DNA of 64,000 nucleotides, taken from a virus. The notes beneath the pieces are model-generated. The model did no database searches. It had not been told where the DNA came from and worked only from the letters and a program-made list of their open reading frames with translations. The stretch lies in the IMG/VR virus record IMGVR_UViG_3300009164_000064, positions 8,526-72,525 of that record; one strand, 5' to 3'. Shown here piece by piece: positions 37,801-45,217 of this stretch. The number at the start of each line of letters is the position of its first letter. Position 1 is the stretch's first letter. The position numbers and the translations under genes are program-made.

Positions 37801-38117
37801 GTAGAATATGTTGCTGAGTTTGCATTAAGAGCAGTTTCTGCTTTACCATTATATGCATATAAAGCAGTGTTGGCAATGTTTGCATAATTTGCCTGATTGG
37901 CATAGAGCGCCGAATTGGCATTAAGTGATGATTCAGATTTCCCATTAAAAGCATAAAGTGCGTTATTGGCTGTACCAGTAAAGAACGAGGAATTGACCTT
38001 ACCGCCACCAATAGACACAGTGTTACTAACACTAATGTTGTTAGCATTCACGTCAAGGTTAGCGTTTACAAATGTATTGTTGCCGACCTGAAGGCCGTCT
38101 TTTACTTTAAAGGTCAT
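34887..38117 (-). CDS. Repeat-rich fibre-like virion protein, paralogue of 32506-34830
   Basis: Likely start MTFKVKDGL (ATG 38117 after GAGG; the track uses TTG 38129); YLNGKAESALAANSALYAN repeats; shares the RLPFRM.QN.RTTD module and C-terminal domain with its neighbour. Confidence 0.8.
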   Translation of the reverse strand: MTFKVKDGLQVGNNTFVNANLDVNANNISVSNTVSIGGGKVNSSFFTGTANNALYAFNGKSESSLNANSALYANQANYANIANTALYAYNGKAETALNANSATYSTNAQFAYTANVAKYLNGKAESALAANSSLYANYATYAGIANTALYAYNGKAETSLNANSATYATNAQFAYTANVANYLNGKAESALAANSALYANYATYAGIANAALYSYGGKSETSLNANSATYATNAQFAYTANSANYLNGVAPSALSTNSALYANYATYAGIANAALYSYGGKSETSLNANSATYATNAQFSYTANVANYLNGKAESALAANSATYATNAQFAYTANSALYANIANYLNGKAESALAANSALYANVANYLNGKAESALAANSALYANVANYLNGKAESALNANTAQYLGGFNSAYYTNANNISTGTLAEARLPFRMDQNLRTTDSVTFANGSFTGNITVGGDLILSGNLYSTNVQSLSVLDPMIKLGANNSADTLWSGFVTHYSGSGYTNNHTGLVRNPSTKEYILMSTYADEASVNNNIIVITDPSFTYANLAVNSIKLGNGTVFSTIGVGSYSGTANNATYVYGKQESQLSVANAVFSTTANNSLYLNGKQESQLSVSYSNTSNSSLFSNNTNYLNGLTSSYFTNATNISTGTLPWNVLPQGSVNTSSSVSVSNTWTFQDIIINGGVKANGTFGSTDQVLASNGSGGIYWKQDQGAIYYYQSVANTTVGVMRLYNANNVNNDVVLVGNGTAKVFSNSSYVVIDTQDQFVGTVTSVDGGSGLVGGPFTDSGILYVGAGAGISVNTDDVAVNAKDGLVANSSGLYVNTAYFTLLSSSVSSNNALSLQFKTWEEPASIGNTTPNDGKFVALQANTLYVKTNIVANDYIFLGNTTVINSTYFAATSNNSYRAFGKNENQLNVNSSLYTSASNNASYLQGYTWESPAAIGAITANTGKFVYANVTSHIAFASVAHMMGLGKITVSGMTPANIIEFSTGTYTGGKLIIEVTDTHNNFRHISEILLSHDGTNVVATEYGVIQTGNTALATFNIDILSGNVRILATPVSSNTTTFKIIQNLFLA
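36900..37980 (-). repeat. Tandem GKAESALAANS/GKSETSLNANS repeats
   Basis: About 12 imperfect units; gcgctctctgccttaccattaagata recurs several times. Confidence 0.85.
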
Positions 38118-38164
38118 TCCTCGTCCCAATTAATCAGAGGTTGATTTTATGTTATTATTATTTA

Positions 38165-39331
38165 TTATATCATTCTTCTGAACTTATAGGAATAATTGTT
38201 TGATGCTCTATTAGAAGTAGCAGCTATCTGAAGCACCATGTCAATATCAACATTTGCGCTTCTATAAATTCTCAAAAACAAAGTACCAGAAACATCTGGT
38301 GTGGCACGATGAAGAAGAATTTCATCACCCGTTTGATTATTAGTGTTGTTTGGATACCAAGACATTACACCAGTGACAATCTCGTTGAGTGGAGACACCA
38401 TCTGAAGCATATAGGAACCAATTGGAAGTATAACTGAATTAATACCAGTATCTGTCCATTCTGTGGTGACTGCACGTGTGTCTGTGACAGTCAGAATTTG
38501 ATCAATATTGGTCCCCTGAGTAGGGATCAGACCACTATGTTGAATTGTGGTGAATACCGCTGTATTTGGTGTTGTTGTACCGATTGCACCAGGGTTAGCC
38601 CAACCGCCACCACCAACAAGGTATAAGGCTGAGTTGGCATTGATCTGACTTTCTTGCTTACCATAAGCATAGGTACTGTTATTAGACGCAATCGCACTAG
38701 AAGCAATCGTTGCATAATATGCACTATTAACATTAAGATTACCAGCACCAACGCCGCCCAATAAAAGAGCATATGTGGCCACATTAGCATATAGGGCAGT
38801 GTTTGCATCAAGTGCGCTCTCTGCTTTACCATTTAGATAGTTAGCAATGTTGGCATATGTAGCAGAATTTGCACTAAGAGTTGCAATATAATTTGTGTTG
38901 ACTGTGAGAGTTACAACACCAGTAGAACCACCACCAGAAAGACCATCACCAGCAATAACGCCATTGATTGTGCCAGAGCCTAGTGATGACCAGTAAACTG
39001 ATGAGCCGTTTGATGTTAGAACTCTACCATTAGCACCAAGACTACCATTGGCACTGATCTTGTTAGTAAATAAAGTATTTGATACAGTTAGATTGGTGAG
39101 GTTGGTAAGAGGACGAATTTCATAGAGTTGGTTGTTCGCATTGTAGATGATCATTGCGCCATCTACAAGGCTTACAGCATTTACATTTGGAATATCAGTG
39201 AGACTACGAAATTCATAAATCTGATTTCTAACTGTAATTGGGTCAGTAACAGTTAACTTACCGTCAAACTTTTTTACGGTAACGTCGAAATTTGATTTAG
39301 ATAACGTAACTCTGATATCTTTTAATTCCAT
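38165..39331 (-). CDS. Fibre-like virion structural protein
   Basis: Carries the ANGSLGANGRVLTSNGSSVYW, YLNGKAESAL and YAYGKQESQ modules shared with neighbours. Confidence 0.75.
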   Translation of the reverse strand: MELKDIRVTLSKSNFDVTVKKFDGKLTVTDPITVRNQIYEFRSLTDIPNVNAVSLVDGAMIIYNANNQLYEIRPLTNLTNLTVSNTLFTNKISANGSLGANGRVLTSNGSSVYWSSLGSGTINGVIAGDGLSGGGSTGVVTLTVNTNYIATLSANSATYANIANYLNGKAESALDANTALYANVATYALLLGGVGAGNLNVNSAYYATIASSAIASNNSTYAYGKQESQINANSALYLVGGGGWANPGAIGTTTPNTAVFTTIQHSGLIPTQGTNIDQILTVTDTRAVTTEWTDTGINSVILPIGSYMLQMVSPLNEIVTGVMSWYPNNTNNQTGDEILLHRATPDVSGTLFLRIYRSANVDIDMVLQIAATSNRASNNYSYKFRRMI

Positions 39332-39660
39332 TACCTAGTTACCTGTGGTGTTACGGTTACGATCCCCTCAACAATTCTAAGCTTTGTGTTAGAACTTGAA
39401 GTCAATTCACAATCATAAACATATCGACCAGGTGAGATATAATTTGAGGTATTTGCTGACATTGATAGAGTGACTTCACCAGTGTTTGCAGTAATGAGAA
39501 CACCAAACGAATATGAAGTTAGTGATGTGTAATGCTTACGCATCTGTGCAGCCCCTGTGAAGCCTGTTAAGGCAACCGGAGAATTATTTGCGTCCTTGAC
39601 ATTGACAGTAACTTCGTAGTCGCTTCCTTGATCAATTACGATGTTTGTTTTAATGGCCAT
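39331..39660 (-). CDS. Conserved small virion structural protein (beta-sandwich adaptor-like)
   Basis: NIVIDQGSDY...AAQMRKHY...GRYVYDCEL...RIVEGIVTVTPQVTR, a pattern common in T4-like phage fibre regions. Confidence 0.75.
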   Translation of the reverse strand: MAIKTNIVIDQGSDYEVTVNVKDANNSPVALTGFTGAAQMRKHYTSLTSYSFGVLITANTGEVTLSMSANTSNYISPGRYVYDCELTSSSNTKLRIVEGIVTVTPQVTR

Positions 39661-39703
39661 TCGATTACTCTTCGTCTAATAGGGTGTCTTTAGTATTTAT
39701 CTA

Positions 39704-39732
39704 TTGACAACCACAGCGAATCTCGTTATAAT
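39704..39732 (+). promoter_or_regulatory. Consensus sigma70 promoter with no downstream sense ORF (antisense to the heme-oxygenase-like gene)
   Basis: TTGACA-accacagCGAATCtcgt(17 nt)-TATAAT. Confidence 0.75.
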
Positions 39733-39752
39733 CGATATGTCGTAATTAAATA

Positions 39753-40268
39753 CTATACTGTATATAGAGATTCAATCTCATCCATGACATTCAACAAAGC
39801 CTGAAAGCAGTCTCTAGCTTCTTGTGTGATATCATCACGAGTACGAAAAGTTTGGAGAACAGCAAGCGATTCTTTACGATCATCCCATTCTAAATGAAGT
39901 GTGGGGAAGCCTTCTAGTCTTCTTCTCATGATTTCACCACCCATTAGATGAGCACCTGTGAGAACATAAGCAGCACCAGCAATAGATTTTTCGGTTCTTA
40001 AAGATGCAACATAATCAGCAGCAGCTTTAAAAAGTTTAACTTCAGGTTCATGATCCATCGCCTGAAGGTCTTTAAAAATTCTGTGTGTACGAGAAATGCA
40101 TTCAGGCATTTGGGGATCAATTGCAGAGTGAATTTGGTACAAGGCCATTAACCAAGCCTTGTACCAAATCCTATGTGGTTTACCTGTTGCCATAGCACCG
40201 CCTACAGCGTGTGCTTCACAAGCATGATGTAGGTCACGTGTTGATTCCCATAACGGTTTAGTTGTCAT
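39753..40268 (-). CDS. Heme oxygenase-like protein (HemO/HO fold)
   Basis: LWESTRDLHHACE matches the proximal-His helix (L..aT...H...E); AAYVLTGAHLMGGEIM matches the distal Y......GG helix; terminal EARDCFQ matches EA...F. Confidence 0.75.
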   Translation of the reverse strand: MTTKPLWESTRDLHHACEAHAVGGAMATGKPHRIWYKAWLMALYQIHSAIDPQMPECISRTHRIFKDLQAMDHEPEVKLFKAAADYVASLRTEKSIAGAAYVLTGAHLMGGEIMRRRLEGFPTLHLEWDDRKESLAVLQTFRTRDDITQEARDCFQALLNVMDEIESLYTV

Positions 40269-40281
40269 TATATAATCCTAT

Positions 40282-43200
40282 TTATTTTGATTTTAATTCT
40301 TCGATTTCAGCTTTTAGTTCCTTGATGGCTTCAATAAGCAGACCGACAATGTTACCATAGGCAACAGTCTTGATACCCTTTGAATCTTCTTGAACAACTT
40401 CAGGAAGAACTGCTTCAATCTCTTGAGCGATAACACCAGTATAGCGTTTATCACTTTCAATGTCAGTTCTTTCAAAGGTAACACCACGAATTTGTGATAC
40501 TTTGTCAAGAGCATTAGGAATGACTTCAATGTTTTTCTTGATTTTAATATCAGAATATGCAGTGATGTTGCCTGATGCAGTAATTGCACCATAAACGTAT
40601 AGACCACGAGAACCAGCCTGACCAATTTCTACTTGTGCACCGATAGCAGACTTAATGCTATATCCTGAGCCACCATCATTTACACCAAAAATACCACTTC
40701 CGCTAAGATCAAAACTACTTTCAGCAGCAATACCAATATTGATACCACCATTCCATGTGATATTACTTGACCAAACAGTTGAACTTGGAATTGTAGCCCA
40801 TGTCTGATCACCTCTTAGGTAAGAGGTAGAATCAGCAGTACCAGTTGCTAGACGTGCAGTTGGTACAAGGCCAGCATTTAGATTAGTAGCATTTGTATAA
40901 TATGCACCATTCTGACTGTTAAGAAGAGCAGCATTTGCAGCATTATTTGGAGTGATAGTAGCAATATAAGCCGCATTCACTGTAATAGTGTTAGCATTAT
41001 TACTCAGACCAGTACTAAATGTGTATGATCCACCACTGCCACCACCACCAGTAATACTGATAGGCCATGTATTACCATAATCAGTACCATCAATTGTTAG
41101 TCTTAATGATGATTGTCCGTTAACACTATTTGACCAACCGATCTTTACAGCATTTGTACCTTGACCAGTTCCTGTTCCTTGTTGAACAGGAGTATAACCT
41201 AGACGTGCTGGAATATCAGCATAATATGTTCCGGTTTGACTATTGAGTAAACCAACATTAAGCTGAGTTTCTTGCTTACCGTATGCAGAGGTTGCATTAT
41301 TAGCAGTTGCTACAGAAAGTTGACTTTGCTGTATGCCATATGCATATGATGCATTGTTGGCAAGATCAGCATAAGAAACTACCAACTGGCTTTCCTGCTT
41401 ACCATTTAAACGTAGAGCATTATTTGCAGTTGTAGCAAAACCAGCATTCGCAGAAGTTGTTGCTATAGTTGCTGAAGCAACCGCCAATTGACTTTCCTGC
41501 TTACCGTATGCATGTGTTGAGTTGTTAGAAGTTGCAATACTTCCAAGGACATTCTGTGCAGTTGTTGCAAACACTGCATTTGCAACAGACAGTTGGCTTT
41601 CTTGCTTACCGTATGCATATGTTGAGTTGTTAGCTAGGCTGATCGAACCAAGAACACTATTAGCTACCGTAGCAAACACCGCATTGGCAACATATAGCTG
41701 GCTTTCCTGTTTGCCGTTTACATAGATAGAATTGTTTACACTTAGTTGCCCTTGCTGTTTACCATATGCATATGCTGCATTGTTGGCAGTTTCAATTAAT
41801 CCAAGAACACTATTAGCTACTGTAGCAAATACAGCATTAGCAACATATAATTGGCTTTCCTGCTTACCATATGCATAAGTTGCATTATTAGATGTGGCTA
41901 CACTTAGTTGACTTTCTTGCTTACCATATGCATATGTTGCATTATTAGCTAGGCTGATCGAACCAAGAACACTATTAGCTACTGTAGCAAATACGGCATT
42001 AGCAACTCTTAATTGAGATTCTTGTTTACCGTTTACGTAAACAGAATTGTTTACGCTTAATTGAGATTCTTGCTTACCATATGCATATGTTGCATTATTA
42101 GCAGTTTCAATTGATCCAAGAACATTTTGAGCAGTTGTTGCAAAGACAGCATTAGCAACTCTTAATTGAGATTCTTGTTTACCATAAGCATATGTTGAGT
42201 TATTTGCAACAAGAGCACTGTTAGCATTAAGTTGACCTTCTATCTTGCTATTCAAATAAGTTGCATTATTAGCAATTGCAATTAAACTTAGTGTTCTAAT
42301 GAAATCATTATTAACGTATAGACCAGAAGCATTTGCAATAAGACCGTCTTTGGCATTAACTGCAACGTCATCAGTATTAACAGAGATACCAGCACCAGAG
42401 CCTACAGCAAGTGTACCGCTGACAGTTATTGGAGAACCAACTAATCCATTGCCACTTGTGATGCTTGTTACAGTACCACTATATTGATCCTGTGTTGCAA
42501 ATACAATTTGTGATGTATTAGATGACACAACAGTTGTACCACGACCAACAAAAAGAACATCATTATTAGATAATGTTGAACTTGTAAGACGTAGGATACC
42601 AACATTTTGAACAGTATTAGAAACACCGATTAGCTTGTATATTGTTTTTGTGTCACCAGACCAATATACGTATGATCCGTTTGTAGATAGAACTTGATCA
42701 GCAGTACCAAATGTACCATTAGCAAAAATTCCAGTAATCACCGCATTGGCAATTATTGCTTTTCCTACATTAGCAGTTGAAATTCTTAATACGCCAGTTG
42801 ATGGTACGAATGAAAGCCCTCCATCAGCAACAGCAGCATTAGCCCATGATCCAGTTACGCTGTTAGACATTGGGAAATACCAAGTACTAGTACTAGTATT
42901 ATTCTGTGTTAGTGGTAAAGCAATACCCGGTGGGTTTGAAGTCCAGTATATGCCAGTACTATTTGATGCGAGAATTTGACCAAATGTACCAACAGAACCA
43001 TTAGCAATTAAAACACCAATTTGTGATCTATTAACTGTTGTATTGGAGAAGAATGCGCTGTTTGCAACATCAGCACCAATAACTAATGGAGAAGCCCATG
43101 TGCGTCCTGCAAGATATGTAGAGTTGTTTGCAATCAACGCAACATTAGCATAATTAGAATTATTAGCAATGTAGGCAAACTGTGAATTTGTTGCATAAAC

Positions 43201-44769
43201 AGAAGCATTGACGCTTAACTGCGCTTCTTGCTTTCCATATGCATATGTTGCATTGTTTGAAGTGATCGTAGCAATATATGCAGTATTTACAAACGTCCCA
43301 TCTCCATTAGCAGTAATTCCACTATTAGCATTCACTTGATAATGTGTATTATTTGATGATAAACCATAACCAGCACGTGGAGCAACAGTTAAACTATTTT
43401 CCCAATAAATTCCAGCGCCGTTTGAAACTAGAACTTGACCAATACCGCCTACTGATCCATTAGCAAATAACTTATTGATATAACTGTTACTGCTTACTAT
43501 AATATCAGTAAACGCACCTTGATTGGCGGTTAGTGTCCCAGTTGATGGTGTGAATGATAGACGAGTATCAGAAATGACAGCATTTGTCCAATCACCGCTT
43601 GCACTATTTGACATTGGAAGATAATACTTAATTGAAGAAGTATTATCTTTTGCAATTGGTAAAAATGGTGCATACCAATAAGTACCACCAGCACCATTAG
43701 CAGCTAGGAACTGACGAGCAGTACCGCTTGAACCACCCGCAATAAGAGTATTAATTGTCAATTTATCAATAGTTGCTACGTTTGCAATCAATCTACCATC
43801 AATTGTAATTTCACCATTTGCATTAGCAGTAAGGAATGCAGTTGTTGTATTAATATTTTGAGAATTTGTTGAGATGACAGTATTAGCTTTACCAATAACA
43901 AGTTGCTTAGTATTTTCTTCCCAATACAAAACTACATTGTAATCACTATTTGAAGGAGATGTGTAACGCTGAAAAACAAATCCAATATCATTGAATGGAG
44001 TTGCTTGACCATCATTTAAAATAATAAAAGTATTGTTTGTTGTGGTGATTGAAGTATTGACAACAGTCATTGTGCCATTGACAGTAAGATTATTAAGTAC
44101 TGTCACGTTTGTGAAAATACCATTGCTTGCAACAGAGGTACCAATGTTGGCAGGTGATGCCCATGTACGACCTAGAAGAAAGCTTGAGTTGTTTGCAGCA
44201 CTTACAGAAAGTTGGCTCTCCTGCTTACCATAAGCATAGGTAGAATTATTTGAAAGAGCAGAGTTAGCAACCGATAGTTGAGCTTCTTGTTTACCATAAG
44301 CATAGGTAGAGTTATTTGAAAGAGCAGAGTTAGCAACAGAAAGTTGGCTCTCCTGCTTACCATAAGCATAGGTAGAGTTATTTGCTGTTACAGAAAGTGA
44401 TGCGGAAACTGAGTTTATGGCAAATGTAGCAGCATTAACAGAAAGCTGAGCTTCTTGTTTACCATAAGCATATGTTGAGTTATTTGCAGTATATGCAAAA
44501 GTTGCGTTGGTTGAGTATACTGAATTGTTAACAGAAAGTTGACTTTGCTGTTTTCCATTCATGAATAAAGTATTATTTCCTGTAAAGGAAAAATCAACAT
44601 TTGCTGACTGTATTAAACTCCAAACGCTTCCATTTGAAAAATATATTTGTTTGTCGGTGTGATATATAATCATACCACCATAAAGTGATGGATTAAGCGT
44701 ACCTTTGTCTATAGGATTTGCTTGCCCAATAAAATTATTTTTGCCTGAATTATATTTTAATCCACTCAC
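40282..44769 (-). CDS. Long tail fibre protein with C-terminal peptidase S74 chaperone
   Basis: Many ANNSTYAYGKQESQLSV repeats; C-terminus ITAYSDIKIKKNI...GVIAQEIEAVLPEVV...VAYGNIVGLLIEAIKEL. Confidence 0.88.
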   Translation of the reverse strand: MSGLKYNSGKNNFIGQANPIDKGTLNPSLYGGMIIYHTDKQIYFSNGSVWSLIQSANVDFSFTGNNTLFMNGKQQSQLSVNNSVYSTNATFAYTANNSTYAYGKQEAQLSVNAATFAINSVSASLSVTANNSTYAYGKQESQLSVANSALSNNSTYAYGKQEAQLSVANSALSNNSTYAYGKQESQLSVSAANNSSFLLGRTWASPANIGTSVASNGIFTNVTVLNNLTVNGTMTVVNTSITTTNNTFIILNDGQATPFNDIGFVFQRYTSPSNSDYNVVLYWEENTKQLVIGKANTVISTNSQNINTTTAFLTANANGEITIDGRLIANVATIDKLTINTLIAGGSSGTARQFLAANGAGGTYWYAPFLPIAKDNTSSIKYYLPMSNSASGDWTNAVISDTRLSFTPSTGTLTANQGAFTDIIVSSNSYINKLFANGSVGGIGQVLVSNGAGIYWENSLTVAPRAGYGLSSNNTHYQVNANSGITANGDGTFVNTAYIATITSNNATYAYGKQEAQLSVNASVYATNSQFAYIANNSNYANVALIANNSTYLAGRTWASPLVIGADVANSAFFSNTTVNRSQIGVLIANGSVGTFGQILASNSTGIYWTSNPPGIALPLTQNNTSTSTWYFPMSNSVTGSWANAAVADGGLSFVPSTGVLRISTANVGKAIIANAVITGIFANGTFGTADQVLSTNGSYVYWSGDTKTIYKLIGVSNTVQNVGILRLTSSTLSNNDVLFVGRGTTVVSSNTSQIVFATQDQYSGTVTSITSGNGLVGSPITVSGTLAVGSGAGISVNTDDVAVNAKDGLIANASGLYVNNDFIRTLSLIAIANNATYLNSKIEGQLNANSALVANNSTYAYGKQESQLRVANAVFATTAQNVLGSIETANNATYAYGKQESQLSVNNSVYVNGKQESQLRVANAVFATVANSVLGSISLANNATYAYGKQESQLSVATSNNATYAYGKQESQLYVANAVFATVANSVLGLIETANNAAYAYGKQQGQLSVNNSIYVNGKQESQLYVANAVFATVANSVLGSISLANNSTYAYGKQESQLSVANAVFATTAQNVLGSIATSNNSTHAYGKQESQLAVASATIATTSANAGFATTANNALRLNGKQESQLVVSYADLANNASYAYGIQQSQLSVATANNATSAYGKQETQLNVGLLNSQTGTYYADIPARLGYTPVQQGTGTGQGTNAVKIGWSNSVNGQSSLRLTIDGTDYGNTWPISITGGGGSGGSYTFSTGLSNNANTITVNAAYIATITPNNAANAALLNSQNGAYYTNATNLNAGLVPTARLATGTADSTSYLRGDQTWATIPSSTVWSSNITWNGGINIGIAAESSFDLSGSGIFGVNDGGSGYSIKSAIGAQVEIGQAGSRGLYVYGAITASGNITAYSDIKIKKNIEVIPNALDKVSQIRGVTFERTDIESDKRYTGVIAQEIEAVLPEVVQEDSKGIKTVAYGNIVGLLIEAIKELKAEIEELKSK
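41250..42260 (-). repeat. Tandem YAYGKQESQL repeats (second cluster at about 44190-44570)
   Basis: Recurring (t/c)tgcttaccatatgcata and gatcgaaccaagaacactattagctac segments. Confidence 0.85.
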
Positions 44770-44772
44770 TTA

Positions 44773-45216
44773 TCAATACTCCGGGTATGTTTCACGCTGA
44801 TTAATAATATATGTAAAGTGCACGACAGCATGGTTTGCAGATGGGCTACCTGTGTTACTATCACAAGCAATTTGTAATTTTTCACCTGTCATCAGAATTT
44901 GTCTATCTAAAGAAATGTAAAGAAAGTCATTTGTTGGAACAGGAGCAGACTTTATAATATTATAGGTGTGACTATCAGTACTAACAACTCTCGCAGAAAC
45001 AGTGATATCAGCAGTATGCTGATTGGTTACTACAAGACCTGTCATGATGGCAGCAGTATTTACAAAGCTTTCAGGAATAGGACCATTGGCACGAATCTTC
45101 CAGCGAGGAACATCAAGGATAGTGAAGAAGCTGGAACCCTGTAGTTCCATGCGTGTAACTTCAAATAAATTTAGTGGTGGTTTCGCTGTTTCAATAACTG
45201 TATTACTTAAAGCCAA
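44773..45216 (-). CDS. Hypothetical virion protein (147 aa)
   Basis: Coupled ORF; beta-rich, PPLNLF..TR N-terminus of the type found after beta-helix structural genes. Confidence 0.65.
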   Translation of the reverse strand: MALSNTVIETAKPPLNLFEVTRMELQGSSFFTILDVPRWKIRANGPIPESFVNTAAIMTGLVVTNQHTADITVSARVVSTDSHTYNIIKSAPVPTNDFLYISLDRQILMTGEKLQIACDSNTGSPSANHAVVHFTYIINQRETYPEY

Positions 45217-45217
45217 T

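Noticed and set aside
33370-44570. Regularly spaced repeats as a possible CRISPR array
   Set aside because: Repeats are in-frame coding units with synonymous variation and no unique spacers; no cas genes.
25047-44769. Diversity-generating retroelement or shufflon acting on fibre genes
   Set aside because: No reverse transcriptase or invertase in the window; repeat differences are not adenine-specific, and all copies are direct and in-frame.
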